From assembly GCA_011109175.1 (NCBI GenBank), contig RDEW01000028.1, positions 401,000-464,999 of the forward strand: 64,000 nt of DNA. Direction: 5' to 3'. The notes beneath the pieces are model-generated. The model worked only from the letters and a program-made list of their open reading frames with translations, was not told where the DNA came from and ran no database searches. This document shows, piece by piece, positions 25,181 through 37,987 of the stretch. Position 1 is the first letter of the stretch, and each line of letters starts with the position of its first letter. Origin of the DNA: Dicyema japonicum. Lineage: Eukaryota > Animalia > Dicyemida. Both the position numbers and the translations under genes were made by a program.

Positions 25181-25202
25181 AAGTACGGTTCCATTTCCCC
25201 CT

Positions 25203-28200
25203 TTAAAATCAGTTTTTGACACACATGGGAGATCTCCACGTCCCCTGCTGGCTATTTGAACGTATCTGAGAAATCCATATGGTTTTCGAATTGATTAATA
25301 GTGTTTTTTCTATTGGTAAAGTCACCATCGAATTACCACAAATCTCAGATTAAAGGGCATTAATAATATACCTCCATTTCATGAAATTTATACTTAGCTT
25401 TTGGTGGATGAAAGTTTTTGCCTTCCTTCTCGTGAGCATCGACAGGTGACTGACCTAATACCCTTCGGAACGAATTAAGTGCTCTCGCAAAGTTAAAATA
25501 TTTGTTTATTTAAAGAAAGAACTCTGAAAGTTTCCATTAGCCCTTTCCCCTTGACGTCAAGACTCCTCTAAACTCAATATTATATCCTTGTGAAGCCAAT
25601 AATTGAGCACAATGTTTTGTTGTCTGAATAACCCCATTTTCCCCGTCGAATACATTCGTGAAGCCACATTTACTGTATCTCCCCAAATATCATACAAAAG
25701 TCTTTCACTCCCTATCACCCCGGCAGTGACCTACAACTCGACAGAATATATACATTTCCAATGTTCAATCCAATGGCCAATTTGAAAGTCAAAGCTGATT
25801 ACACTTTTATTGAAATTGTCCAAGCACGTGAGGAGGTTCAGTCCGTAGTTTGCAAGGGCATTGATGTGATCGTATTCGTTAGTGTTTTGGTTTCTTTTAT
25901 GTTCGTCTAGTCCAGATGCCAACATTATGCAACTTCCGATTGTTTTGATTTTTTCCACGTCCTTGTACTTTTGATCGGACAGTAAATCCTCAAAGTCTCC
26001 GAATATTTCATGCATCACTCGCATGTATTCCTTTCCAGAATGATAACTTTCCTCATATAGATCGTAAAAATTTGTAATGCAAGCAAACATAACGGCGATA
26101 TTATTATGGTTTTTAAAGTAGGTTGGTTTTTTACGCAACTCACGGACAATGTATGGGGGTATAATGCTATATAATAGTTTTTGCATCTAAAATAAGTCCA
26201 AATTGACCATAATCTTCTTTTCCTCGACGTCACTTTGAGCATTTATTATTTCGAATTGACACATTCGAGTTAACATGAAACAGCGTTCGGTCTTCTGGCT
26301 GATCATCAAAGCCACGAATACTAAAAATAAATTTGAAAAAGTGTTTGTCAAATGTCTAAAAGTTGTATTGAATTTTACGCTAAAGGAAATTTCCTATTAT
26401 TTTGCCAAATTATGTTTTCAATAAGGATGATATAAATTATACCTAAAATTACGACTCATAGTACCATTAAAGACGATGAATAATGTTTGTTGGATCCAAG
26501 ATACGTAGACAAAACAGCAAGCATAAATGGTAACGATTCGACATATAAAGCTCAACTGAATTTCATCATGGTGATCCGTGCAAAATAACACCAAAAAAAT
26601 CGCTGACATTTGGATCATCAAAAACAAGCCAACTACTTGATAAATCTTAAATTGGTGAGTTTGAATGAATTTGCAGAAAGAATTGTCTCTTTTAACCGAA
26701 AACATCAAAATGAAGAGCTATCATAAAGGCACTTTATAATACTGAATGAGTGAGGAGGTTGAGAACAACACAGCAATAAACTAAAGTGGATCTTGTGTAT
26801 ATTATGCATGCGATCATAATACACAGGGAAATGAAAAATGATGTTATAAGTTCCTTCTTGAGGTTATCTTTCGGGCGATAATTATATAAGGTGTAAGTTT
26901 TCAGTTTTCTCCGTAATTTTTCAAGAGACCACTAACGTTTAAAATATTTGAAAACCGGCCAAATGTACTTTTTACATATTTTTGTTCCAATCAGGAAACT
27001 TTCTTCCATAACATTATCCATGTCGATGGAGTACTTAATCGCAGCATTATCTCCTGAATTTATTAATAATACCTGGTTTTTGAGATCCCTTGAAATAAAT
27101 GTACTTTTTCAGTGAAAATTTCTAAATGGATAAAACTAAATCTTACGTTTGCTGCTGTCGGGGTTACTTTTAGAGTAGAACTCATTTTCCTCCCAACTAC
27201 AAAATATGTATTTAACACTTTGGAGTTATAATAATTCAACTTTTTGTTTCCGTGAACGTCTGGACTTTGTAGCTCATTGTCTTGTCATCAAAAAATTCTT
27301 TCTGGTATTTCTTTTTGCTTATATCTTTGGCATGAGTTACAACTAACCTGCAATGGGTTCTCCAGGCTCAAACAAATACAGATTTTTTACTTCGTCATAG
27401 GTCTTTTCACTAATATGGATGGAATTCGACCTCCCAGTTGATTCCATAATGTTAGCCATTGATACGTCGTTCGACCAGACGTCGAATTTGAAACGAACTG
27501 TCCCAACAATTCCATAATGAACACTCCCGCTGTGAATACCAATTCTCATAGAAATCTCCAAGTTTTATTAACAAATCACCGATTCTTTTTTTTCCTCAAC
27601 AAAGTTCTTAATTGCCTCGATCATTTCAAGTCCCAATTCGATGCAGCATCGAGCATGGTCTTTTCGTGGTTCAGGACACCCAGCCACGCAGTAGTAACAG
27701 TCTCCCAGCAAGCAAATCTTTTCGCATCCACTTCTTTCGCACAAAATGTCGAACATTCCGAATAACTCCCCAACAACTCTACCTTTACAAATTTACTGAA
27801 CAAAATAAGCGTACCAATTGTTCAGCAGTTTTGTTGGCACTCATATTTGTGAATCCAACAATGTCCGCAAATAAAATACTTACATTATCCACGTGTTCAA
27901 TGTTCAATGGACGAAAGAGTGAAAGCCGTTTCTGAACAGAATGAAACTCAGTCCTCTCTATTTCCCCAGATTGCGCACTCAAGATCTTTATATAGGGGAA
28001 TATTATAATCTACCTTTTTAGCCAGTGTTACGGGCATTATAGAGAAAAGCATAGTTTTTATGATTTTATTCTCGTTTTTAATGTTTTGCTTATTAACGGC
28101 GATCGTTATCGTCTAAAATGAAGAATCAGTAGAACCTGCGTCAGGAGCTCTTTGATGAGGAATTTTTTGATTTTTTTGAGATGATAGGCAATAATATTGA

Positions 28201-28771
28201 CGCTGAAAATCAGGAAAAAACGAAAAATAAAATGTTCTAATTCAAAATGCCTAAAATAAATCGAGTCATTCAGTTCCATAGCAAAGTAAAGAAAGCCTGA
28301 ATATAAAGAGGCCGTCTTGAAGGTCGTGGGTATTATAAAGTAGATAAGTATTGTGCATAAAATGACGCTGTTGTATGACTTGTATATTGAGAACTGTTGG
28401 ATCATGAATATTTCATGTGCTAAGATTTCGATTATCCAAGTAATAATTATTACGTTTGAAAGTATCTTCCAATGGGCTTCAAATGCTTTGGATGTGGAAA
28501 TGAGAAAGAGGATAACTGAAACACAAATTTGTACGGATAACACGATATTTTTATAGAAAGTTTCAGGATTCAAAATATTCTCAGAAAATAAATATGAAGA
28601 ATCCAAAATTAATAAATAAAACAAAACAAACTTCAGATAAATATTAAAAAAGGGGATTTTCCATCGTTTCCAATTTTTCTTGACAATTTCAAACTTTTCT
28701 ATTATCATTACTTCAAATCAACCTTTTTTCCCAATATCAGGGATCGTATAACTCTTTTCTCTTGAATTCAT
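25203..28771 (-). CDS. ADCY9: membrane adenylate cyclase, type 9-like
   Basis: Transmembrane block; C1 [52 protein letters not shown]...KFDVWSNDV; C2 [43 protein letters not shown]. Stop position approximate. Confidence 0.93.
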
Positions 28772-28894
28772 AATAAATATAATTCACGCAATTTACTAAA
28801 AAAGCGAATATATTATGACTCAATCAATCAATTTATTGAATTGTATAAATTGATTTATTTTTAACAACACAATTAGTTCTCCATCACCTTGTTT

Positions 28895-29265
28895 TTTAAT
28901 TCCTTAATCCGAGATGCCTAGCCGGTATTCAAAAGGATCCATCTATTCATTCCACTTGGAGACAAGTTCGCTCCCTGGCAACGAATTCTGGAATCGACCT
29001 CAACTCCCCTGGCAACGCTCTTTGGATCACTTTGCTTGTGTGAGGGTTGTGTTGGAACACGCCAGGATCAAGGAATTAGTTAGTTTGGTTTTACCTCGGT
29101 CGAACATAGGGAGTTACCAAATACTTAGGCTTGGCAAACTGCTTCTGTTCTGTCCTAATCACCTTTAAAATTTATAGGACAGCTGGAATGATTGGCAAAA
29201 GTACAGTTGTCGAGATCAGCAAAGCTATGAGACCTTGGAGACCCTTGGGAGCAGCGATAATTTTA
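28895..29265 (+). mobile_element. short retroposon family 3 (5'-truncated copy of 53122-53650)
   Basis: About 190 bp aligns with 53205-53390 (ttctggaatcgacctca...caggatcaaggaattagtt); decayed CRE-like tail follows. Confidence 0.75.
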
Positions 29266-29532
29266 TACGAATGTCTGCTATCTCGAAAAGTAGTATGAAA
29301 CCGTTCTTTTATCCAAATGTTATTTCGCATATTAGATTTCACTCACGGAAAGGTCATTTCATGAAGAACTTATCCCCTTAATCTTATTTGTCCCCTTAAT
29401 CTTGTTTCCATTTTACTATGGAACGCTGAGACATTCAAAAATACAACTCGTCTAAAGACAATTTTGTTAATTTACCCAGAAAATCCTAAAATTTTTAATG
29501 TAACGAAGGTTTAAATGTCGCATGCCATAACG

Positions 29533-30183
29533 CAGGGGTTTCCAACCTTTGATGCTCGCACCCCCAGAAGGTGCGAGATTTAAAAAAGTTTTATAGTTAA
29601 TTTTTGCACTTTAGAATTCCGGGTGGCATAGTGGTTAGGTGTCGCGGTAAAGTGGCTTAGGTGACGGGTTCGATTCTCACTGCTGTTCACCTGGTGGAAG
29701 GTTCCACGCATCTACGATGCAGAAAGGGCTTGACGAGTGACGCCGTCATCAGTAGAGATTCACTGCGGAACTGGATAGTCAAAAGGATATACACACAAGA
29801 AAAAGAAAAAACAAAGAAGTGAAGAGCATTCCTTGGTTCTCCCTCTACGATTAGTTATAATAACTGTTCTTTACTTAAATAAAGTGTGTGTTCTGCACGA
29901 GCGAAATCCTAGGCATCTTACGTGCTTATGGCAACGCGGTAGTGCTTAATAAATAAATAATAAAATTCCACATTGGACAAGTTTTGGAGTTCATTAATCG
30001 TTTACTTTTGTTCTCCTCATTTTTGTTAATTTAAAGTTTATTGTTGTTATTTTTTATTTTTATAGATTAGCAAACTTCTGGTTAAATAAAAATAATAATA
30101 TAAATAAAAAATTTTCTTTAGGTGCGAGAGTTTATGAACAAAGATTTAGAGACGTGAGCTCTAAAAAGGTTGGGAACCCCCTG
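29533..30183. mobile_element. hAT-type MITE with nested SINE
   Basis: TIRs caggggtttccaacctt / aaggttgggaaccccctg; 8-bp TSD ccataacg at 29525-29532 and 30184-30191. Confidence 0.9.
29621..29962 (+). mobile_element. tRNA-headed SINE, family 1 (best-preserved copy)
   Basis: A box TGGCATAGTGG, B box GGTTCGATTC, conserved core, (TAAA)n tail, TSD aattcc. Confidence 0.9.
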
Positions 30184-31439
30184 CCATAACGGTTACTGCG
30201 GTAAAAAGGTCAGTCAGGACCACTGTATTAACTATTTATTTTATTTTGTATTAATAATAAAGTTCACTGATTTTGTTAAACGGAATCGGATCGAAGAGGA
30301 GCTGGCTAATAGAGCGTATTTCCTTGCAAATCGTCAAGGGAAAAGCGTTCTCGATTATGAGAGCAGCCAGTAATTGCTAATTGTTAATATTTGTCTTCAA
30401 TTGGCTTGATAAGTTTTAAAAAAGAGATCAAGTACTGTAACGTTTATTTTATTGTAACCGTAATAACATGTGACATTTAATCGATATGCGCACTTTATAT
30501 GTGAATCATATTATGTAATAAATGAGAAACACACGGCATGTGGCATTAAAAATTAGTCAAATTGTCTCGTCGGCACTATCGTTTGATGTAAAATTTTGCT
30601 TTATTTGCATAAAATGCCATAAATTTTCTATAAACTTAGAAGTAAATGTAAAATCGAAAAAATAGTCAGGAAAAATTCTTCAGTCCTGTTTAAATTCACT
30701 TTAAAAAAGATTTAAATTCACGGACTACCAGCACTCAAGGAGAGCTCTGGTTGACAATAGAAGCACTCAGAAGTGCTATTTTGGTACACATGTTATGATT
30801 TTTATTAGTTTTTTTAATTTGGTCTTTTATTAAGCAAGAAGTATTATGGCTATCATGAAAGTGGTTAATAATAATCATGGTACAAATCAAAATAAATGTC
30901 ATCTATAGCAAAAACCTAAATAAGTTTAAATTTAGTAGACCTTTATGCAATTTGAAAAAAATGATCATTCCTACAAGTCTCTTGCATAGTCCGATCCCAA
31001 TTTGTTTCAAATATCGCCAAGTTCGTAGTACAGATCTCATTTTTTTGAAAATTTCTTTCCCTTTATCTTGACTTACTACAGTTGGATTTAAATATGGATT
31101 TAAGGGAAAATATGAGATTGAACGTCTCAGTCGAAACTTTTGCAAACCAGATGTTTCAATAGTACTTTATTTAAGAGACAGGGAGACATTGAATGTGTCC
31201 TAGTAAGACTTGAGAGTACAAAAAAATCCACTATGTGATAAAAAAAACTCTGATTCCATGACAATGCTGGTTTTAACTAAAGTCCGTTAGTTTTGGATTA
31301 CATTATCTCATCACTCTAGTCTGACCACTCAGATGAATTTAGTTGGCTCACAAAGGTAGTAGCCATTCGCTGGCATGATCTTAATTATTTGAAATGAAAT
31401 GTGCAAACTTTGCTATTTTTTTACTTATGACCACGTGTC

Positions 31440-31785
31440 AAAGTGGTACAACAGTTCCGGAAAAAATCTATATGGTTTCGGGTTCGAATCTTGCTGTCGT
31501 CCATTCCGACTGAAGGTTCCAAGCATTTACGATGCTTCTTGCCTTGACGAGTGACACCAGCATCCGTGATGGCACACTGCGGAATAGGATTTTCTAATAA
31601 GACTCAAACCCAAGCAAAAATAAAAAAAGTTAAAAACATTCTCGATGACTTAGCCTCATTCATTCGATTAATTAGCATATTTCTATCCTTCTTAAGTAAA
31701 GTGTGTCTTTGCCTAAGAGGAGGTTCAAGTAATCGAGAAATAAGGTCACTCACAACTAAGAGGGCAGGAAGTACTAATAATAACA
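31440..31785 (+). mobile_element. SINE family 1
   Basis: B box GGTTCGAATC, gaaggttcca..ttgacgagtgac..cactgcggaa core. Confidence 0.8.
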
Positions 31786-31821
31786 AAATAGTTAATTTCC
31801 AAATGACAAAATGTTAGTAGA

Positions 31822-32506
31822 TTAATCCGATTCACTGGAGTCGTTATTAGTTTGAATAACCTTCCACTTAACCAAAAAATTCTCAAAATCTGACATATAA
31901 AATAAATCGACCTTTCAGACAGTTTATTACTGGCAGTTTCTGTCGCACACTCTGCCGCAATAAAGCCCCGTTTTTGTAGAAAAAAAGGGAAGGAGATAGG
32001 CTTTCAGGGTACTTCTCTATGCACGTAGCCGCCCGTCCTCTAATGAACTTTGTGTGAACGTACTTTCTGGCCAGTCTGTTCATACAGTTGTTTATGAGGG
32101 AACACAACTCATCACTTAAATGGATAAATGGGGTACCCTTCGTTATACACGTGGACGATGACAGGAACGTCAGCTTGTGCCTTGTTTACTTGCTCCGCCC
32201 AGTCCTGTCGGGTTATTTCAGTAACAGAGCCAAAGGAGGGTTTCATCTCGGCCATTCGGAGTTCATTGAGTCGCTGTTGCTTGTAATGCTGAAAGAAAAG
32301 TTCGTCAGACTCGTCAAATATATCCTCGTTCTCCATCAGTTCCTGTAGACTCATGTCCTCCAGATTAAACCTTTCTATGGAATAAGTATCAGTAATAAAC
32401 CTTGAGGGACCACCTCCTCAGGTTCTGGCTCAACTGGCAACTCAGGGATTATTCCAAACTTTCTGAGAGCGTCATTCCACTCAGTGTCTTTGGTCCAATC
32501 TTCCAT
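31822..32506 (-). CDS. PDCL3: phosducin-like protein 3 (PhLP2 group)
   Basis: DTEWNDALRKFGIIP, YKQQRLNEL, FGSVTEITRQDWAEQVNKA..VPVIVHVY, LARKY..TKFIR..A.TCIEKYPE. Confidence 0.92.
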
Positions 32507-33409
32507 CACAAGAATTAATTAATTAATTTCTATATTAAATCAAATATTTATATTTAATAATAATTAAATTTAAACCTATAATATTACAAATTTTTATATT
32601 TTTATTGTGTTATAAAAATCAGTTTACCTGTGTGAAAGTTCTATTCCCACACCGGTATCTACTTAATCGAACGATCTCATTCCTGCTCTTTGCTTTCTTT
32701 AATTCTTAGACGCGTCATCGAATCCATTTAACTCTGGGGACTCCTAATGCCATGTGGCATCCAAAAGCGATTCCTACTTTTTTGAGAGGTTTCCATAATT
32801 GTGGATATTGAACGGACTAGATCCTGGGGAAGGATGCGTCCTGTTCCAGTAATTTTATTATCGAAAAACATGTACTATCCGGGATAAATGCTTTCTTTTT
32901 CACTACTCTGCTTTCACTCTTAGCGAAGATTTTGTTCAACTCTTTACTATTATCCTTTTGCATCTTAGGTTGCATAAGGAATACACGGACTTTGCACCCC
33001 CAATTTGTTTTCGAGAAGAATTTAAAAAATGTTATAAGTTGTATATTCATCGTTTAAGACTTTATTAATAGAATTCGCGAAACAAGATAAAATTTACTAG
33101 TAGTATAAGGCGAAACTATTTTTTTAAATAATTTAAGTCTTGTTATTTAGATTAACAAGAAACTAGCAACATATAGAACGCTAGGTTCCAAGAAATTGGT
33201 GGAAATTCTAAAGGAACGTCAGATTCCTTCCATCCTTTATTACTGATAACAAAATATAGCTACTAGCAGATTTAACACAATTTATCTCTTATTAACGACA
33301 CCTTATTTTTTTAATTTAATTTTACTTAAATGCTTAAATTCGTTATAATCTTAAGAGGATTTAATAAATTTGTTGATATTTCTAAACATTCTAGTATTTT
33401 ATTTAAAAG

Positions 33410-34020
33410 ACCAGGGAGACATTCCCTAAGAACCCTAATAGGCAACGAGACTGGGACGAGCTTTTATGTTCAAAGACCATAGATGAGATAAAACCTGAAC
33501 TTTACCAGCATCGTCTGGGTTGCTTGCTTCTCCATCGACGAATGAAAGTATATGTGGCTCAGAGCATTATCATGCACCTCACTTGAAGCACTATTGGATG
33601 ACGACTCTTCAAATGGATGTTTCCGCGATCCATCGCTATAGATGTAGAGGAATGGTCGACGCGAAAGGTTTTCATGCTCTCTTGCCGGAGGAGTGCTGGA
33701 AGGAGTCCTAACAATGCAGTCAACGGAGTTAATGTGTGAGAACTAGAAGTGGCCTGATTCCCTGTTCAGCCTCTCGACTGGTCCCAGTTAACAAAGGCCA
33801 GACGGAACAATTCTTTTCCCATAGAAAAGTGGTAGATACCTCGCCGTGTGAAAACAGATCATTGATTCTGTTGTATCGATATCGCTAATCTCAAAGAGAA
33901 ATAAGACAAAGGAGTTGGCTCATTGAGCATATTTCCTTGCAGATCGTCAAAGGAAATGCGTTCTCAATTCTGAGAGTACCCAGTAGTTTTTACTGTTAGT
34001 TTTTATCATTGTTAATAAAT
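33410..34020 (+). mobile_element. degenerate CRE-like retrotransposon
   Basis: HRLGCL.S......WLRA, C.C....D..G.HALL, RPDGTILFP, QIVKGNAFSILR. Confidence 0.7.
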
Positions 34021-34899
34021 TGAAGTTTCTTAACATTCATTGAATCACTAAAATTAAGTGAAATTTATTTATGTTAGCAAGTGATGTTAGGATCAATACT
34101 TTCTCGATTGGAAGTGTTTGGACTCAACTTGACAATGAGTCCGCATCGGAACTGATAATATGCCAAACACACATATAGCAGTGGAGAAGAAGTGTCGATA
34201 TCTATTGGCACAATGCCACTTTTACTTAAGAAACACGGGGAGGTTTTCGAGACATAATTCACTAAGCGATGTCGTAGAAATGTACCGAAATCTGCTGGAT
34301 AGCCTTCCATGCTGTAGTCCATTGACCGCTTAATTACAATCTTACCTTTCAAAAAGGGAAGTCATTAATATGGGATGCCAGCTGAATCGACTCTTTCCTA
34401 CCAAAATTATTGGGAGCGCGTTAAATGAAAGGGCGAAAAAACTGTAGGGAAAAAGTACCAAGGACTCCTCGACTAGTTCAAATTCTGTGCGATTGTTCTC
34501 GTGACAACTTGAGCGACAAGTAAAAAGTTTTAATCATTTCTCAATAACCTGAAGCATCTCACCACAGTCAGAAGTCATGACGATCGTGGAACCCAATTGA
34601 TCCTCCTTTTGATCTCGACAACTATCATGAGAAGCAACGTCAATTATGTAGGATCATAATTCTATAGTAGAAGAAGGGATCCTCGATTTATTCACGTTAT
34701 GACCAATTTCTGTGAGACAACTGGAAGTATAAGCAAAAAATCTTTGATTTTCCTCAAGAGTCTTGGATTTTTTGTTATACTCACAATCAGAGCAATGGGA
34801 TCCGTAAAATTCAATGGACCCTCCAGTTGATCTTTGTGACACATAATTTTATACAAAAAACGTTAAGATCAATTAAATATAGATAAGACAGAAGAAACG

Positions 34900-35500
34900 A
34901 TGTCGTCAACCTCAGCCATAGCACCAACTCCTATGATGGCTAAAACAAAAAAAACCAACGTCTCCACAAGCCAGTTTTTTAGATATAGGGGGAACAAGAC
35001 TGTAACCCCAACTGGTCAGAGTCTGAATCGAATTCTCGCTCGACGGATGATTCCACATCAATGTGTTCATGGCAGGAGCAAAAATCAGAGGTTTTTCCGG
35101 GGACCAACAGCGAGCAACAGACGTCTGAACTTAATACCTCGAATACAAGAAGATTGTCACACATTCCACAAGCAATCTTAGCCAGGGAATTAGCATCCAG
35201 TGGAGCAATTAGAAAAAGAGAGGCCCAATTTCTCAGTTGAATATGAAGAATTGGATCACCAATCCTCTCCCAAGTCTAAACTAAGCATTCCTACCAAAAA
35301 CCCACTCATCCTCGTCAATATAAACGGGACAAAGAAGCTCGTTTTTATCAAAAAAATGCAAAGCTTGTTTTGTGGAGACGACAGAAACATTGACGGTCCT
35401 CTAATAACAATGAAACAAGAAGAACCTTCAGTTTATTAACCAATTCTGGTATTTTCACTGAGGCTACGCTGCCAGTACATCCTAACAAAACGTTCTTATC
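34900..35500 (+). CDS. possible orphan gene
   Basis: Two consecutive coding-like ORFs (34900-35181, 35200-35439) between AT-rich spacers; no family recognised. Confidence 0.3.
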
Positions 35501-35649
35501 CATATTAATTAAAATTAATTTTTTTATAATCTAACTTCATTAAATTGTAGATTTTTTGTAATCAAATTTCGCCAAATCGTAGTCACCTCAATAACTGTAC
35601 GCAAAACATACAACTGAAGTTTTACTCGAAGTGGTGACGTGTCAATGTA

Positions 35650-36457
35650 CGTTTTTTCTTGGCGTCCTAAATGCTAGAGGACTCAATACAAAAAACTTTA
35701 GCTCACACGAAACCTAAAACGATACAAGCTATCCATATGTTTCTACAGGAGCCGAAAATAGCAGACAACGGAACATTGCAAATTTGAAATTACTGCTTGA
35801 TTACCCTCTCAACAATCTGTCGTCACTATGGACTAAAGAGTTTGGAAGAGGATGTGTAGAATGATAATGAATATGGCACAAGGAAAACTTAATTAATATG
35901 ACTTTCAAGGTACAGCCACGAAGACACTACAAAGGTTCTCTATTTAGCTGTTACGAAATTTTTTGAAGAGAATCGGATCTCGAATGACATTTCCCAAGCA
36001 TACAAATTTAACACGATTGTGCAGAAATACGTCGATCTCGAGACAAACACCCGGAAAATTTTTAACTCAAATTTACATCCGAACATGGTCATCATTCTAT
36101 GGTTACCCTCTACAAGCAGTATGTCGAGCCAACAATAGGCTATGCATGTGCTGCATGGGGATCTAACCTGTCGGCAACGAACCTAACAAAAATTCAAGAG
36201 ATCCAGCCAAGAGCAAAAAAATTACTAGAAAAATATACAGATAAAGAAATTGCCCCCAGAGCACTCGAGTCTATCATAGAGGCAACTGGAGGCAATTTCA
36301 GAAGAGGAAAGGAAAAAGACCCCCGTCCGTATAGAAAATGCGTGGGATCACGGTCGGAGCATTGAGAAAAAATGGCCCGATTATTGAGAGATGCCGGGAT
36401 CACCTGAATATTAGTTATTGGTTAAGACGGTGTTTCTTTGGCTTAATAATAATAATT
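35650..36457 (+). mobile_element. LINE 3' fragment
   Basis: LYKQYVEPTIGYACAAWGSNL; tail ttggcttaataataataa; homologous to 61900-62610. Confidence 0.75.
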
Positions 36458-36866
36458 GAGGCTTTTTGCCCTTAGGGTTAGAGTTAGGGTTTTTGATCCT
36501 TAAGTATAGAGCTCTTATTTATTTACCCCCTTGTCCTTCTGTTAATAGGAAAGTAATCAAGTGACTACATCCCAGAGATCACTCAAGTATATCAACTTTG
36601 GCAAAAAAATCAAAAACGGGTAGGTCGTCTATAAGGTAGAAAGGACATAACGACGCAACCAATCGTCAAATTCTGTTAATGTAGGTAAATCTGTATGATG
36701 ACCGCTTTGATGCAGGATCTGAACCGTGAAGTAACTGTCAGATAGAACAGACCTCCTGCACCATTTTTTCCGAATAAGAGGTCGAAAATGAAAATTTGAA
36801 CTATACAAGGTAATCTATAAACGTGAATAAATCATTTAGTAAAAATTTATTTAAATTAAAATTCCG

Positions 36867-37088
36867 TTAAAAATCGGATACACGTCCGTTCTTTTCCCAG
36901 TCTCCATATCTTGTAGGTTCAGGTCCACTCGGTCCATTGTATTCCTTAGGTATTTCTTGTTCACGGCTTTCTGTTTTCGTTTTTGAAGGATTTTGGTCTT
37001 TTGTAGAAATTGATGGCGTATTCATGCAAAATAAAGACTTACTTGTGTGATGAAAGATGGTAAATACTCTTAACTTATATCGAATCAT
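36867..37088 (-). CDS. SDHAF4: succinate dehydrogenase assembly factor 4
   Basis: C-terminal E.NGP.GPEPTRYGDWEKNGRVSDF (DUF1674 signature). Confidence 0.95.
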   Translation of the reverse strand: MIRYKLRVFTIFHHTSKSLFCMNTPSISTKDQNPSKTKTESREQEIPKEYNGPSGPEPTRYGDWEKNGRVSDF

Positions 37089-37386
37089 TTCAACAACAGG
37101 ATAATGAACCAAAATTTAAATAATTTACCATTTATCTAAATAATTATTATTAAATTTGGGTCAGTAATTTTCAGCTAATTTAAGACCCACTTTATTTAGC
37201 CAACAATAAAAAAGTTAATATTTAATAATCAACAACCTTCCTAACTGAATTAGGCAGATCTCAACCCCTCTTGATGATTGAAGTAAACAAAGAGTAGAAA
37301 AATCATTCTACACAGTAGGTAGCGGTGTGGAAATTAAACTCACAGCTAAACGCTAAAGATAGCAAAAAATTATTCACTAAGACATA

Positions 37387-37692
37387 GGCCGGGTGGTGCA
37401 GTGTAACGAGTGCCAGGCAAAAGGCCTGATGGCCCTAGTTCGACTATCGCTACTGTACTTTACGGACGAAGGTTCCACACATATACAATGCTTTGGCATG
37501 ATGTGAATATCTCACTACGAAACTTGATCGTCTATAAAGGACTCACACAAAACGAAAAAAACAAAAAGTGAAAAGCATTCTCTGGTTCTTCCTCTACGAT
37601 TAGTTATCATAATTGTTCTTTACTTAAATAAAGTGTGTCCTACCTGGGAGGAGGTATAACTAATATGGCTCTTCGTAAAGTGCAATATTATA
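37387..37692 (+). mobile_element. SINE family 1
   Basis: tRNA-like head and core; tail nearly identical to 4097-4399. Confidence 0.85.
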
Positions 37693-37987
37693 TTCTAGCC
37701 CTAATCAACCATGACTTCGCCAATGGTGAAAACTTCAACCAATACGTTGATTCACATGCTTTATGTACTTTCGCTGTTCTATTTCTATCTAAGAAATGTT
37801 TCAACATGAATACTTCCAATGCAAGGAAACTATCCATCCGGAGAGTCAGAATTCTTTCCTTTCTCTACCGAGTCTATCAAAAGATGATTAAGCAGGAAAA
37901 TAAAATAAACAAAATTAGTTTAATCTATGAACAAAAGTAATTTAATCTAAATTCAAATTATTTAAAATGGCGCTACAAAATAAATAA

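Noticed and set aside
29621-29695. tRNA gene (also the B-box region at about 46095-46150)
   Set aside because: A and B boxes are present, but there is no full cloverleaf or oligo-T terminator, and the sequence continues into a dispersed repeat body.
29725-29760. Hammerhead ribozyme (CUGAUGA on the minus strand)
   Set aside because: No GAAA after stem II and no stem I/III with an NUH site.
32615-33050. Small gene upstream of PDCL3 (also the coding-like stretch 51900-52430)
   Set aside because: Coding-like composition, but no recognisable family or reliable splice model.
36460-36495. TTAGGG-like repeats as a telomere-addition or chromosome-breakage site
   Set aside because: Only three imperfect units, and the context resembles the reverse complement of the transposon subterminal repeats at 58380-58492.
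37635-37940. ORFs starting MSYLGGGI (also 3870-4148) as a gene family
   Set aside because: The shared N-terminus is the translated tail of SINE family 1.
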